Shown: one piece after another, positions 43,974-54,000 of the stretch | Numbering within the stretch: the first letter of the stretch is position 1 | How the letters are laid out: the number at the start of each line of letters is the position of its first letter | Assembly (NCBI GenBank): GCA_918797485.1 | Contig: CAKKNE010000004.1 | Coordinates: 3,596,001 to 3,660,000, forward strand | Source of the DNA: Pelagomonas calceolata | Taxonomy: Eukaryota | Length of the DNA: 64,000 nucleotides | Direction of reading: 5' to 3' | Position numbers and translations under genes: made by a program | The notes under the pieces: generated by a model | Databases searched by the model: none | What the model saw: only the letters and a program-made list of their open reading frames with translations | What the model was told of the DNA's origin: nothing

Positions 43974-45578
43974 ATGAGAAGACTAGCTTTGGCGGCTTGG
44001 CTTGCGACGCTGGCAGCACCGCTCCTGCCAGCGACAAATAGGCCAGCCCTCCGGAGGCCGCGCGCCGCGCCGGTCGACGCGGGAGATACTTCGGGTGACG
44101 AGGGCATCGATGACGCCGGCGGCGCCTCCCTCGCCGAATTACTGAAGCGGGCTGGCGCGACGCGGACCGAAATCGCCGCCGCGAAAAAGATCAGTACGGA
44201 GAACGCCGAGGTGATCGAGTATTTGTTAGATGATGCGGGCTTCACGACGCAGGACGTGAGCGAGATGCTCTCGCTGAAGCCCGCCCTTGCGAAAACCGCA
44301 TCGGTGGCGCCGGCGCGCGAGACCGTCGAGTTCCTCAACGCGACTTTTAACCTAAGAAAGTGCGACCTGCGCAAGATCTTCCGCGAGCAGCCCGGGCTGT
44401 TGTTGCCGTCTCCCACGAATAACGTCATCCGGGACACGGGCGCGTGCCCCGCGGTCCTGGCGACGGCGTCGGGCGGGCCGGCCGCGGGCCCGCGCCAAGA
44501 AACGTCGACGAACGTGTATGACGTCGTCTACCTGCTCTCCTCAGTAGGAGTAAAACCAAAGAACATCAAGGAGATGGTCGTCAGGTGGCCCCAATTACTT
44601 ACTTTACCAGTAGCACAAATGCTGGCGGTGACAGATTACCTCGGGTCGTTGCAGTTCGAGGGCACGGTCGGGTCTTTATACAGGCAGCACCCCTGGGTTT
44701 TAGCTGCGCCGGTGGGTACGGTGCGACGGGCCGTCGAGGTTTTAGTGGATGAGATTGGCGTGCGGAGGCTCGAAAATGTGGTAAGAGCGTACCCGCGGGC
44801 CCTGGTGAAAGGGAGGGACGACCTGCTGGAGCCGGCGCGACTACTGCAGGACGTCGGACTCGAAAGGGAGGACGTGGTCTTGGTTATTGAGGCGTTTCCC
44901 CTATTATTTGGCTTGGAGCCTTTGGCGACAAGAGGTGTCCTCGCGTTCTGGCGCGACGAGCTAGGATTGAAAAAAAATGACGTGCCGCGCGTCTGCCGCG
45001 CGTTCCCTTCGTTGCTGGGCGTGGACGTGCAGAAACAACGGAAAGTCGTGGCCTTCCTGCGGGAGATCGGGGTGGTCAACGTCGCGCGGTTCGCGACGCG
45101 GCTGCCGCCCGTCTTGGCCTATGACGTGGACGCGGATTTGCGACCGAAGATGGCGCACCTCGCGGCGTCGGCCCTGTCGGTCTACGACGTCGTGCGCTTT
45201 CCCGCCTACTTCTCCTACCCCTTAGACACGGTCATCCGCCCGCGCACGGCCTTCCTCGAGTCCTATGGCCTGCCGCTGACGCGCTTCGAGCTCAAGACGC
45301 TCTTCACGCCCGGCGACGCCCAGTTCGCGAAGCGCGTCGTCGGCGCGGCGCCGGCCGAGTACGCTTCCTTTAAAGCCGCGTTCATGAAGGAGCTCGCGAA
45401 CCCGACGCCCAAGCCGCGCGGCGGCCTCCTCGCGGCCTTCGTCAAGCCCGAGATCACGTCGGCGACGGGCAAGGCCTTCCCGACGCTCTCGCCCGGCGCG
45501 CCCGACGTCGCCGGCGGCGGCGACAAGCGCAAGCGGCGGCGGCGGCGCGGTAGCGGCGGGCCGCGGACGGCGCCGTAA
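43974..45578 (+). CDS. mTERF-family protein, likely plastid-targeted
   Basis: Repeats RWPQLLTL, AFPSLLG, RLPPVLAYDV..LRPK, RFPAYFSYPLDTVIRPR; signal-like N-terminus. Confidence 0.88.
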   Translation: MRRLALAAWLATLAAPLLPATNRPALRRPRAAPVDAGDTSGDEGIDDAGGASLAELLKRAGATRTEIAAAKKISTENAEVIEYLLDDAGFTTQDVSEMLSLKPALAKTASVAPARETVEFLNATFNLRKCDLRKIFREQPGLLLPSPTNNVIRDTGACPAVLATASGGPAAGPRQETSTNVYDVVYLLSSVGVKPKNIKEMVVRWPQLLTLPVAQMLAVTDYLGSLQFEGTVGSLYRQHPWVLAAPVGTVRRAVEVLVDEIGVRRLENVVRAYPRALVKGRDDLLEPARLLQDVGLEREDVVLVIEAFPLLFGLEPLATRGVLAFWRDELGLKKNDVPRVCRAFPSLLGVDVQKQRKVVAFLREIGVVNVARFATRLPPVLAYDVDADLRPKMAHLAASALSVYDVVRFPAYFSYPLDTVIRPRTAFLESYGLPLTRFELKTLFTPGDAQFAKRVVGAAPAEYASFKAAFMKELANPTPKPRGGLLAAFVKPEITSATGKAFPTLSPGAPDVAGGGDKRKRRRRRGSGGPRTAP

Positions 45579-45646
45579 TTTATTAACTTAGTCCTTGGGA
45601 CCTGCTACTTGCCGCACTTCGCCGCGACGGCGTCGCGCCTCCCTTC

Positions 45647-46655
45647 CTAGGCGTTGTCGGCCGCGTCGAGCGCCTTCTCCGCGGCGGACGCGCGGCGCTC
45701 TTTCGATTCGAGCGCGCCCTTGAGGTACCTGTGTAGAAAATCCGGTGCACTCATTTCTCGGCGACGGCGCGGCCGTGGAATGTCGATTTCCGCACGGTCA
45801 GGACGGCATCTCCGCCTCGAGCTTCTTTAGCTTGGCCTCGGCTTTGGTCGCGCGCGCCTCCGCGGCGTCGAGGGCGCCCTCGGCCTTCTCGGCGCCTGTG
45901 CGGAATTTCCTTTGTGCTGAATCTTCGCGTCGACCTCCACGCCATCGACGCGACGCCTACCCACGGGTGGTTGATTCCCACACGGCTCGGCGCGGTCGCG
46001 GCAGTCCGTGAGCTCCGTGTCGCGCGCCGGTCCCGTGAGGAAGCCCTCGCGTTCCGAGCGGCTGTCGCAGAGGAACGTGAGGCCGAGGCGGTAGTAGTCC
46101 GGGATGACGCAGGGCACGACGAGGAGGATGAACAGCGCCAGCAAAAAGATGCACGCGCCCGCCACTTGGTAGAACCAGCCCGTGCCCACGGAGCGCGTCG
46201 CTGCGACGAGCAATGCCCAAAAAAGGTACCAGCCGCCGCGGCCCCAAAACGTGTAGAGGAACGGCACCCAGCGCTCGACGAATGGCCAGTCTTTCATTTC
46301 GACGGAAATGGTGATCGCGCCGGCCTGTGCAAAAACCGACGAGCATCAAGAGGGTGCGCCATCGAGCAGACGTCGTCACGCGCCGCGACAATTTGATTTA
46401 TGCACTGGCGCCGGCGAGGATGAAATAGATTGCGACGAGGAAGGCCTGGTAGGTGCTTAGCTTAAATTTGCCTCGGAACCTGGGAGGACATACGTAGGGC
46501 AATCGGCGCCCACGTTTGATTTTCCGCGCCGCGCGCAACGCGAGCGAGCCCGCGATGATCAACACGACACCAGTGCAGACGCCGGCTATATTTTGGATCT
46601 TGCCCACCAGTAGACCGCAGGGGTTAGGGCGCTTTGTTTCAACGGCTCTGGCCAT
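45647..46655 (-). CDS. COPI-associated/Tvp15-like membrane protein with coiled-coil tail; introns 46325-46415, 45896-45993 and 45729-45804
   Basis: PFLYTFWGRGGWYLF; removing the three introns gives one continuous ORF (..FILAGAITISVEMKDW..DRAEKAEG..EMPYLKG..DNA*). Confidence 0.75.
45721..45804 (-). mobile_element. Introner-type intron (GT-AG, 45729-45804) with degenerate TSD gtcctga/gtacctca
   Basis: Gene-sense ends ccgtgcggaaatc...gattttctacacag; shares gccgagaaatgagt with the 47804 element. Confidence 0.7.
45888..45993 (-). mobile_element. Introner-type intron (GC-AG, 45896-45993) with perfect TSD gcgccgag; element inverted relative to its gene
   Basis: Plus strand carries cgcgtcgacctccacgccatcgacgcg, identical to the 2678 element, while the gene is on the minus strand. 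Confidence 0.85.
46317..46415 (-). mobile_element. Introner-type intron (GC-AG, 46325-46415) with perfect TSD gccggcgc
   Basis: Gene-sense start cagtgcataaatcaaattgtcgcggcgcgt is nearly identical to the 11835 element; ends tttttgcacag. Confidence 0.88.
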
Positions 46656-46890
46656 GCTCGGGTTCTGGTTTCTTACGTCGCCTAGGCGCCCGCTGACCAC
46701 AGGTTTACTGGCCAGGCCAACACAGTATACTGTCCGGGGGCAGGTAGCGCGTCAGCTGACCTGCCTGTATCAGCCGCAAAATAAATAACTAATGAGCAAT
46801 TAATGGATGACGGAGGTCACGCAATTCACACAGCACACCTTGCGTTCCATGCAAAAACCCGTGTACAGTACCACATCTGTAGAATACTTA

Positions 46891-47626
46891 CTAAACGTAC
46901 TTCTCCCAGTCCGCGAGCGGCGCGTCCGCGTCGGCCAACGCGACGAGCAGCTTCGCGGGACGTAAATACGGGACGTCGGGCCGTTCCGCGGCGAGCCGTT
47001 CCAGCGTCGCGCGGCACTCGCGCAGGCCCCGCTCCTCGGCCCACTGCATCGGGCCCCCCTTGTGCCGCGGGAAGCCGTAGCCCGAGGTCCACACGACGTC
47101 GAGGTCCGACGGCCGCAAGGCGAGGCCCTCCTCTAGAACTCTAAACCCTTCATTCACGAGCGCCAGGAGCGCGCGGTCGAGGATATCCTCGGCACCGACG
47201 CTCGGGGACCCGTCCTTGAACTGCGAAACGAGAGCGTCGACGGCCGGGTCGGGCGACGGCACGCGCGGCTGCTCATACAAATACCAGCCCTTGCCCGCCT
47301 TCTGGCCCAGCCGACCGGCCTCGACTAAGGCATCCGCCACGTCTGCCGAGTACTCTACCGCGGGGTCGCGCGTCGCCGCGTCCGTGAGGCCCAGCGAAGT
47401 CCGGACGGCGTAGCCGATGTCATTCCCCGCGAGGTCGGACATCGCGAAGAAGCCTGCGCGGACGAAAATGTCGCATCGTCGCGACGCGGTCGTGGGCGCA
47501 CGCCGCCGCGGAAGATTAGGACTCGGCAAACGCGCCCATGGCCATGCCAAAGTCCCGCAGCGCCGCGTCGACGTTTGAAACACCGACGTCGCGGTGCCGC
47601 AGGAGCGCCAGGCACTCGCGGCCGTA

Positions 47627-47657
<31 letters not shown>

Positions 47658-49178
47658 AACGCGTCGCCGGCCAGCACGGTAGTCTTCCGGAGCCGCTTCC
47701 CCAGCGCCATCGCCGCCGCGACGGCGCCGTCGCCCGTCCGCGCGCCGCGCACGTTCTCGAGGAGCTTCATGACGTTCGCGGGCGAAAAAAAGTGCGTGCC
47801 GACCTGTGTGGAAATCAAATTTTACGGCGCGTTCGTGCTGAATCGTCGCGCCGAGAAATGAGTTAGTGAAGAATTGTCGGGTGCACCCGACACACTGGTT
47901 GAAATCCACACAGGTGCCGACGACGCGCGTCGGGTCCGCGACGGCGTCCGCGATCGCGTCGATGGAAAGCGTCGACGTGTTCGACGCGAGGACCGCGGTC
48001 GGCTTGCACGCGCCGTCGAGCCGCGCGAAGACGGCCCGCTTCGCGTCGAGGTCCTCGTAGATCGCCTCGACGACGAGGTCGGCGTCGGCCAGCGCGGCCA
48101 CGTCGCTCGCGACGGCGAGCTTCTCGAGCTTCGCCGCCAGCACCGCCTCGGTGAGCCGCCCCTTCTTGAAGGCCGAGGACCGCCGGTACGTCGCGTCGAT
48201 GCCCGCCGCCGCCGCCGCCGCCGCGGTGTCATCGACGTCGACGAGCGTGACCGGCAGCCCCGCGTCGAGGAAGCACATGGCGATGCCGCGGCCCATCGTG
48301 CCGCCGCCGACGACGCCCACCGCGTCGAGCGGCGCCGCGCCCTTGGCGTCGACGCCGGGCACCTTCGCGCAGGCGCGCTCGGCGAAGAAGAGGTGCTGGA
48401 GCGCGCGCGCCTCGGGCGTCGCCTTGAGCGCCTGGAACTCGCGGCCCTCGACCTCCAGGCCCGCCGCGAGCTCCGAGCCCACGGCGGCGTCGACGCAGCG
48501 CAGGATCGCCCGCGGCGCCGGCAGCGCCGCCCGCGCCTCGAGCGCCGCGCGCTTCGCGGCGTCGCGGAAGCCGTCGACGACGACCGCGTGCGCACGCCGG
48601 GCCGCGCGCGTCGTCACGAGCTCGACGGCCGCGGCCTCGAGGCCGGCCTCGGGAACGACGACGTCGACGGCGCCGAGGGCGAGCGCCCGCTCCGCGCCGA
48701 TCGGCGCGCCCGTCAGCATCATCTCCAGGGCCGCGTCGGCGCCGACGAGCCGCGGCAGCCGCTGCGTGCCGCCCGCGCCCGGGAGGAGCCCTAGATGGAC
48801 CTCGGGCAGGCCGACGCGCGCCCGCTCGCCCATCGCGCGGTAGTGACAGGCCATAGCGAGCTCAAAGCCGCCGCCGAGCGCTGTCCCATGGATTGCCGCC
48901 GCGGTGGGGAACGGCGCGTCCTCGAAGGCGGCCATGACCTCGGCGAAGGAGGGCGGCAAGTGCGGCTTCGAGAACTCCGTGATGTCGGCGCCGGCCGGGA
49001 ACGTGGACCCGCCGCCCGCGACGACGAGGCCCGTCGCCGACGCGCCGATCGCGTGCTCGACGCCGGCGACGAGGCCCGCGCGCACGGCCGCGCCGAGCGC
49101 GTTCACCGGCGGCGAGCTGATCTGCAGCACGGCGACGCCGTTCTTCAGGGCGCACTTGACGGCGCTGCTGGTGGCCAT
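46891..49178 (-). CDS. Enoyl-CoA hydratase/3-hydroxyacyl-CoA dehydrogenase bifunctional enzyme; introns 47804-47921 and 47454-47535
   Basis: PPVNAL, AGADI, ALGGGFE, PGAGGTQRLPRL, GGGTMG, EAIYE, ASNTS, spliced GTHFFSPA, GFIGNR, GYGFP. Confidence 0.92.
47796..47921 (-). mobile_element. Introner-type intron (GT-AG, 47804-47921) with perfect TSD gtcggcac; element inverted relative to its gene
   Basis: TIRs ctgtgtggaaatcaa / ttgaaatccacacag (13/15); the plus strand aligns at both ends with the 2678 element. Confidence 0.9.
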
Positions 49179-49316
49179 TGCTGCTGCTGCAGTGCTAATC
49201 TCGCTGCAGCTCCTCTGGCTTTAATGGCTTTTTGCTGCAATGCTACTCGCAGCAGGCCACAGCTTTATCCTCTCTAAACTCTGCCCTTTGTTCAGAGGGC
49301 AAGAGGCTTTGGAATG

Positions 49317-49340
49317 CCTAGTGTCTTACAGGCCGCTAGC
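49317..49340 (+). promoter_or_regulatory. Representative copy of the recurrent intergenic motif CTAGTGTCTTACA-N1-5-GCTAGC
   Basis: Other copies at 2197, 8939(-), 14526, 22961, 24446, 27671(-), 31824(-), 36598 and 62370(-); all are upstream of genes. Confidence 0.7.
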
Positions 49341-49583
49341 CGCACCAACGAGGCGTTGCGACGCGAGAAGACTCTCAAGGGTTCGCCCACAAGTCCGCGG
49401 AAGTGTGAACTCCGGCGGCTAGTGAGAGCACAGTCTCCAGAGAGGAGGCGCGTTGTTGCTCCCACTTGTGGGCATCCCAGTCCCGTGGAGCATGGAACAG
49501 CGCCAAGCACTCTGAAAGCATAGTATTCTGCTTGGCGGGCTGCCCCCTCTGTACTCTCGGCAGCCTTCGAGTTGTGCACCTGT

Positions 49584-50552
49584 ATGGCCGACCCATCCAT
49601 CGGCGGCGGCCGTGATGTGTGGGCCAGCACCGCGATGCTCGAGGCGACGCGGGCCGAGCGCGCGCGCCACGCGGCGTCGTGCCGCGACGCCGCGGGGGCC
49701 ATCGCGGCGGCCGCGGCGAGACGGGGCCTCGCGCCCATGGCGCCGCTCGGCCGCGTCGCAGCGCTGCGCGCGGCCCTGACGCGGCTGGGCCTCGACGACG
49801 GGGAACTCGCGTCGGAGGAGACGCTCGCGGCGGCGCTGGGGGACTGGGCTCTGCAGCACGCCGACCGGAACGTCGCCGACGACGGCCCGCACATCGGCGC
49901 CGGCGACGCGGACGACCAGGACCTGCTCGCCGCCGCGGCTATCTTCGACGTGCGCGTCGTCGTGGTCTCCGCCGCTTGCGAGACGCCGCTCGTCTACGAT
50001 TTAGGCAACGAGGACGACGAGGCGGTCGTGGTCCTCGGCCACGGCGGCGGCGCCGCCTACTGCGAGCTCGCCCCGAAGCACGTCCCGAAGTCTCACGCGC
50101 GGCGGCTCCACGCCGCGGCCTACGCGGCGCTCGTGGCGCAGCAGCACGCGCCCGCCGCGGCCCTGCGCTGCGTCCTGTGCGGCGCGGTGCGGCCGCGCGC
50201 GGGGCCGCCGTCGACGAAGCCGCCGCCGCTCGACGAGGCGACGCCGGCGGACCCGGACGCGCTCGCGAAGCTTCGAGCCGCCATCGACGCGCGCGCCGCC
50301 GACGTCGAGTCCTGCGAAGCCGCGCTCCGGGAGAGCGAAAATGACGCGTTCGCGGCGACGTTCGGCGGCTCCGGCGGCGACCCGGCGCTCGCCTCGGCCG
50401 CGGCGGTCGCGCGGCGGTACGCGCTCCGGGCCGCGCGCGCCGAGCTCGAGGCCTCGAAGGCCGCCGCGGCGGTCACAGAACTACGGCGCGACCTCGCCGA
50501 GGCGCTCGCGCGCGAGGCGGCATTACGAGCGGCGCATGCTGGGGCATCATAA
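49584..50552 (+). CDS. Hypothetical protein with a degenerate OTU-like segment and coiled coil
   Basis: LLAAAAIFDVRVVVVS..VVLGH..YCEL resembles the OTU C-terminal half; no catalytic Cys motif seen. Confidence 0.5.
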   Translation: MADPSIGGGRDVWASTAMLEATRAERARHAASCRDAAGAIAAAAARRGLAPMAPLGRVAALRAALTRLGLDDGELASEETLAAALGDWALQHADRNVADDGPHIGAGDADDQDLLAAAAIFDVRVVVVSAACETPLVYDLGNEDDEAVVVLGHGGGAAYCELAPKHVPKSHARRLHAAAYAALVAQQHAPAAALRCVLCGAVRPRAGPPSTKPPPLDEATPADPDALAKLRAAIDARAADVESCEAALRESENDAFAATFGGSGGDPALASAAAVARRYALRAARAELEASKAAAAVTELRRDLAEALAREAALRAAHAGAS

Positions 50553-51021
50553 TGTGATCTAACCCGAGCGTGGCCGCTTACTACTCCCTCAAAGCGAGCG
50601 AGGAATGGGGCGGCGCGCGTTTTTTGGGGGACGCTGTTTTTTTTTCGATAGGTTTGATTCGACAGGTGCGAAGAGGTTTCCCCCACACATGCGGGGCGGT
50701 GCCGAGTGCTGGGCATGCGTCTGGTAGTTGGCATTTTGGTGTGGGCGCGGCTTGCTCTCCCTGACTCCTGCCCAGTGCCGGTGCAAAAGGAGCTGGGAGC
50801 GAGCGAAAGCAGCCCCCCGCAGTGCATAAAGAAGGACCCAGAGAGCACGCAGAGCACGCAGAGCCGGCTGCCCCAAGCGCGCAGCCCGGCTCCGCCCCGA
50901 GAGCCCGACGCACCTCGGGAGCGCCAGCAAGCCGGACAGAGGGAAAGGCAAAGCAAGGAAGCCCAGCACCAGCCCAAGCAAGGAGCTAGCAAGCGCGCCG
51001 GCCCCGTCGGGAGAGACGACG

Positions 51022-54000
51022 ATGCCTCGGGCGGCGCGCCTGCTCCTTTTGCTGCACGTCGCCGCCGCCGCCCTGCCTCCACCGGCGCCGTCGCCGCAGC
51101 CCGGCAACCCAACGCCGTCGCAGAACGCGGATCGCGGCGTGCTGAGGAGGCAGGACGCCGCGGTGCCGCCGTGGCTTTTACGCGGCGCGGACCCCGAGAC
51201 GGTGCGCGCGCTGCCCCTGGACCCCGGCGCCGCGCGTCGGGGCCTGCAATCCTCCTCCGACGCGTGCGACTACGTCTCCGTGTCGGGCTCCACCTATCAA
51301 AGCGGCAGGCACGGCCTGTACGAAGCGACCGGAACCTGCAGTTCCGCGCCCTCGTACGAGTGCCTCGACTGCAGCAGTTCGGGTCAGAAAATTTGGTTAA
51401 ACGATGCCTGGGTTATTGGCTCTGCTGGCTGCGGAAGTGGATCTGGTGGAATATTTTCCCCCTCCGACCCGGACGGAGACCTCGCGGCCATATCCAGCAC
51501 GTGGGAGGAGTGGACCGGGAGTGCAATTGTTTCCAACTCGGACATCGCGGTCACGTGCTACTCGTATTGTAAGAAGATTCCCGGCACGACTGCAAAATAT
51601 AGGTGCTTCGACTGCGCCGACGCGAGCGCCCAGGCGAGCGTCGGTGACGGCCAGTGCGACGTCGCGAACAACGTCGATCCGTGCTACGACGGCGGCGATT
51701 GTTGCGAGACGACCTGCATCGACGGCGACACGCACACGTGCGGCTCCTACGACTGCAAAGACCCCGACGCGCCCCCGGTGCCGGACCCGTACTACCCCGA
51801 CGCCGCGTGGTACCTCAAAGCGATCAGCGTCCCGGAGGCGTGGGCCGCGGGCTACACCGGCGCTGGCGTCCAGATCCTCATCAACGACGACGGCGTCGAC
51901 AACACGCATCCGGACCTGGCGAAGCTCGACCTGGCCAACTCGTGCGGCGTGTATGCCCCATGCGCGGGAAGTGACGGCGTCTTTGACTCGCACGGAACAA
52001 GGTGTGCGGCAATCGCGGCCGCCGACTCGAACTCGGCTTGCGGAGTCGGCGCCGCGCCGGGCGCTGGTATCGCGTCGTGCGTCCAAAGCTTTAGCAATTG
52101 CGACCCCGCCGCGAGTGAGGACTCCCTCACGCACAACTACAATGTGAACGACATCTCGTCGAACAGCTATAGCAGCGACGACTGCGAGCGCTACGCCACT
52201 TCGGCGACAGACTGCCCGTTCGAGTGTCCCTCGGTGAGCTCGGACGACTGCCCGTGCGACGCGTGCGATGGCGACGACTGGGCGTCGGGGCAGCTCTCGT
52301 CGACCTGCGAGGATGCTGTCGTGGATTACTGCACCAGCTATTTCAACGACGACGTGACGCCCTGTTTGGAGCTGGACCACTACTTCATCCGGTGCGGCTA
52401 CGGCCAGATCTCGAGCTACGCGCACAATCAGCTCCTTGAGGGCACGACAAATGGTCGAGGCGGCCTGGGCACTGTGTACGTCTTCTCGGCTGGCAACGAA
52501 TACGACCTCGGCATAGACGTCAACTACAAGAACTACGCGAAGACCCGCTTCACGATGTGCGTCGGCGCCGTTCACGCCGATCTTACGCACTCCGACTACT
52601 CGACGAGTGGCGCCCCCGTATTCATCACCGCGCCCGGCGGCGACGGGGGCAACATGGCCGTGGCGCGTCCGCTCGCAAATGGTTACACGGACGACTGCGC
52701 CGACGCCGGCCAGGGCACCTCGTTCTCGACCCCTTTGGTCTCCGGAGTCGTTGCTCTAGTTTTGGAGGCAAACCCCAATTTGACGTGGCGCGACGTCCAG
52801 GGGTTGCTCGCCGCGACCGCGCGGACCGACTTCAATGACGAGAATGACGAGACCGGCCAGTGGACCACGAATCAGGCCGGCGTCAAACACAGCTACAAGT
52901 ACGGGTTCGGGCTCGTCGACGCGCACGCTGCTGTTATTGCGGCGCAATCATGGGCGACCCTGGGCTCCGAAATAACGCTCGTGACGGCGACGACGAGCGG
53001 CGCGGCCCTGCTCGACTTCGACGGCACCGAGCACTGGGTCGAGTCGGAAGCGGCGGAGTTCGGTTCGTCGGACTTTATTATCGAGAGCGTCGCGATCTAC
53101 GTAACTATAGAACACCCGCGCCGTGGCGATCTAAGGATCGAGCTCGAGCGGAACGGCGTGACCTCGCTCCTGACGGACGATAAGCTCGAGCTCGGTAAGC
53201 GCTACACGAATTGGAAGTACACCACATTGAGACATTGGGGCGAGACCGCCGCCGACGGGGCGTTCACGCTAAGGGTAGCGGACCGCAGAGAGGGCTCGGG
53301 CGACGACGACGACCACGATGCGTTGACGACCAACGACGACGCCGACGACGACGGGGACGACGACGGCGTCCTGGTGAAGTGGACGCTGCAGCTCTACGGT
53401 CACGATGGCGACACGTCGACGGCTTGGACGCCGCAGCCGACACCTCGGGGAGGTTGTGATTCCGTCGCCGTGTCGGGCTCCACCTCTCAAACCAGCAGCC
53501 ACGGAACGTACTTATTTAGCGGTAGATGCGAGGATAAGGTCTACTACAAATGCTCCGACTGCAGCTTCACGCGATACCTCTGGTTTAACGATGGTGGCTA
53601 CTGGGTCATCGGCCAAGACCCAGACGGCTGCGATTCGCTCAATGGGTACATATATATCATCTCAAACGATGACCTCGCAGACGTCTCCGGAAATTGGATA
53701 GAGTCTACCAGCTCCGGGTGGACGCCCAACTCGGACATCGTTGTTCAATGCAATTCTGACCCGACGCCGCGGCCATCGCCAGCCTTGTCGCCCGCGCCCG
53801 CGCCCGCGCCGACGCCAGCGCCTCTTCCGGCGCCGACGCCGCGCCCGACCCTGTCGCTCGCGCCCGCGCCGACGCAAGCGCCTCTTTTTGCGCCGACGCC
53901 GCGCCCGACCCTGTCGCCCGCGCCCGCGCCGACGCCAGCGCCTCTCACGTGCTCCGCCTGCTGGGACCACCCCGTGGCGGCGCTGGACTGCGCGGCGCAC

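Noticed and set aside
53758..53945. Tandem repeats encoding PAPTP
   Set aside because: Ordinary Pro/Thr linker repeats of a surface protein.
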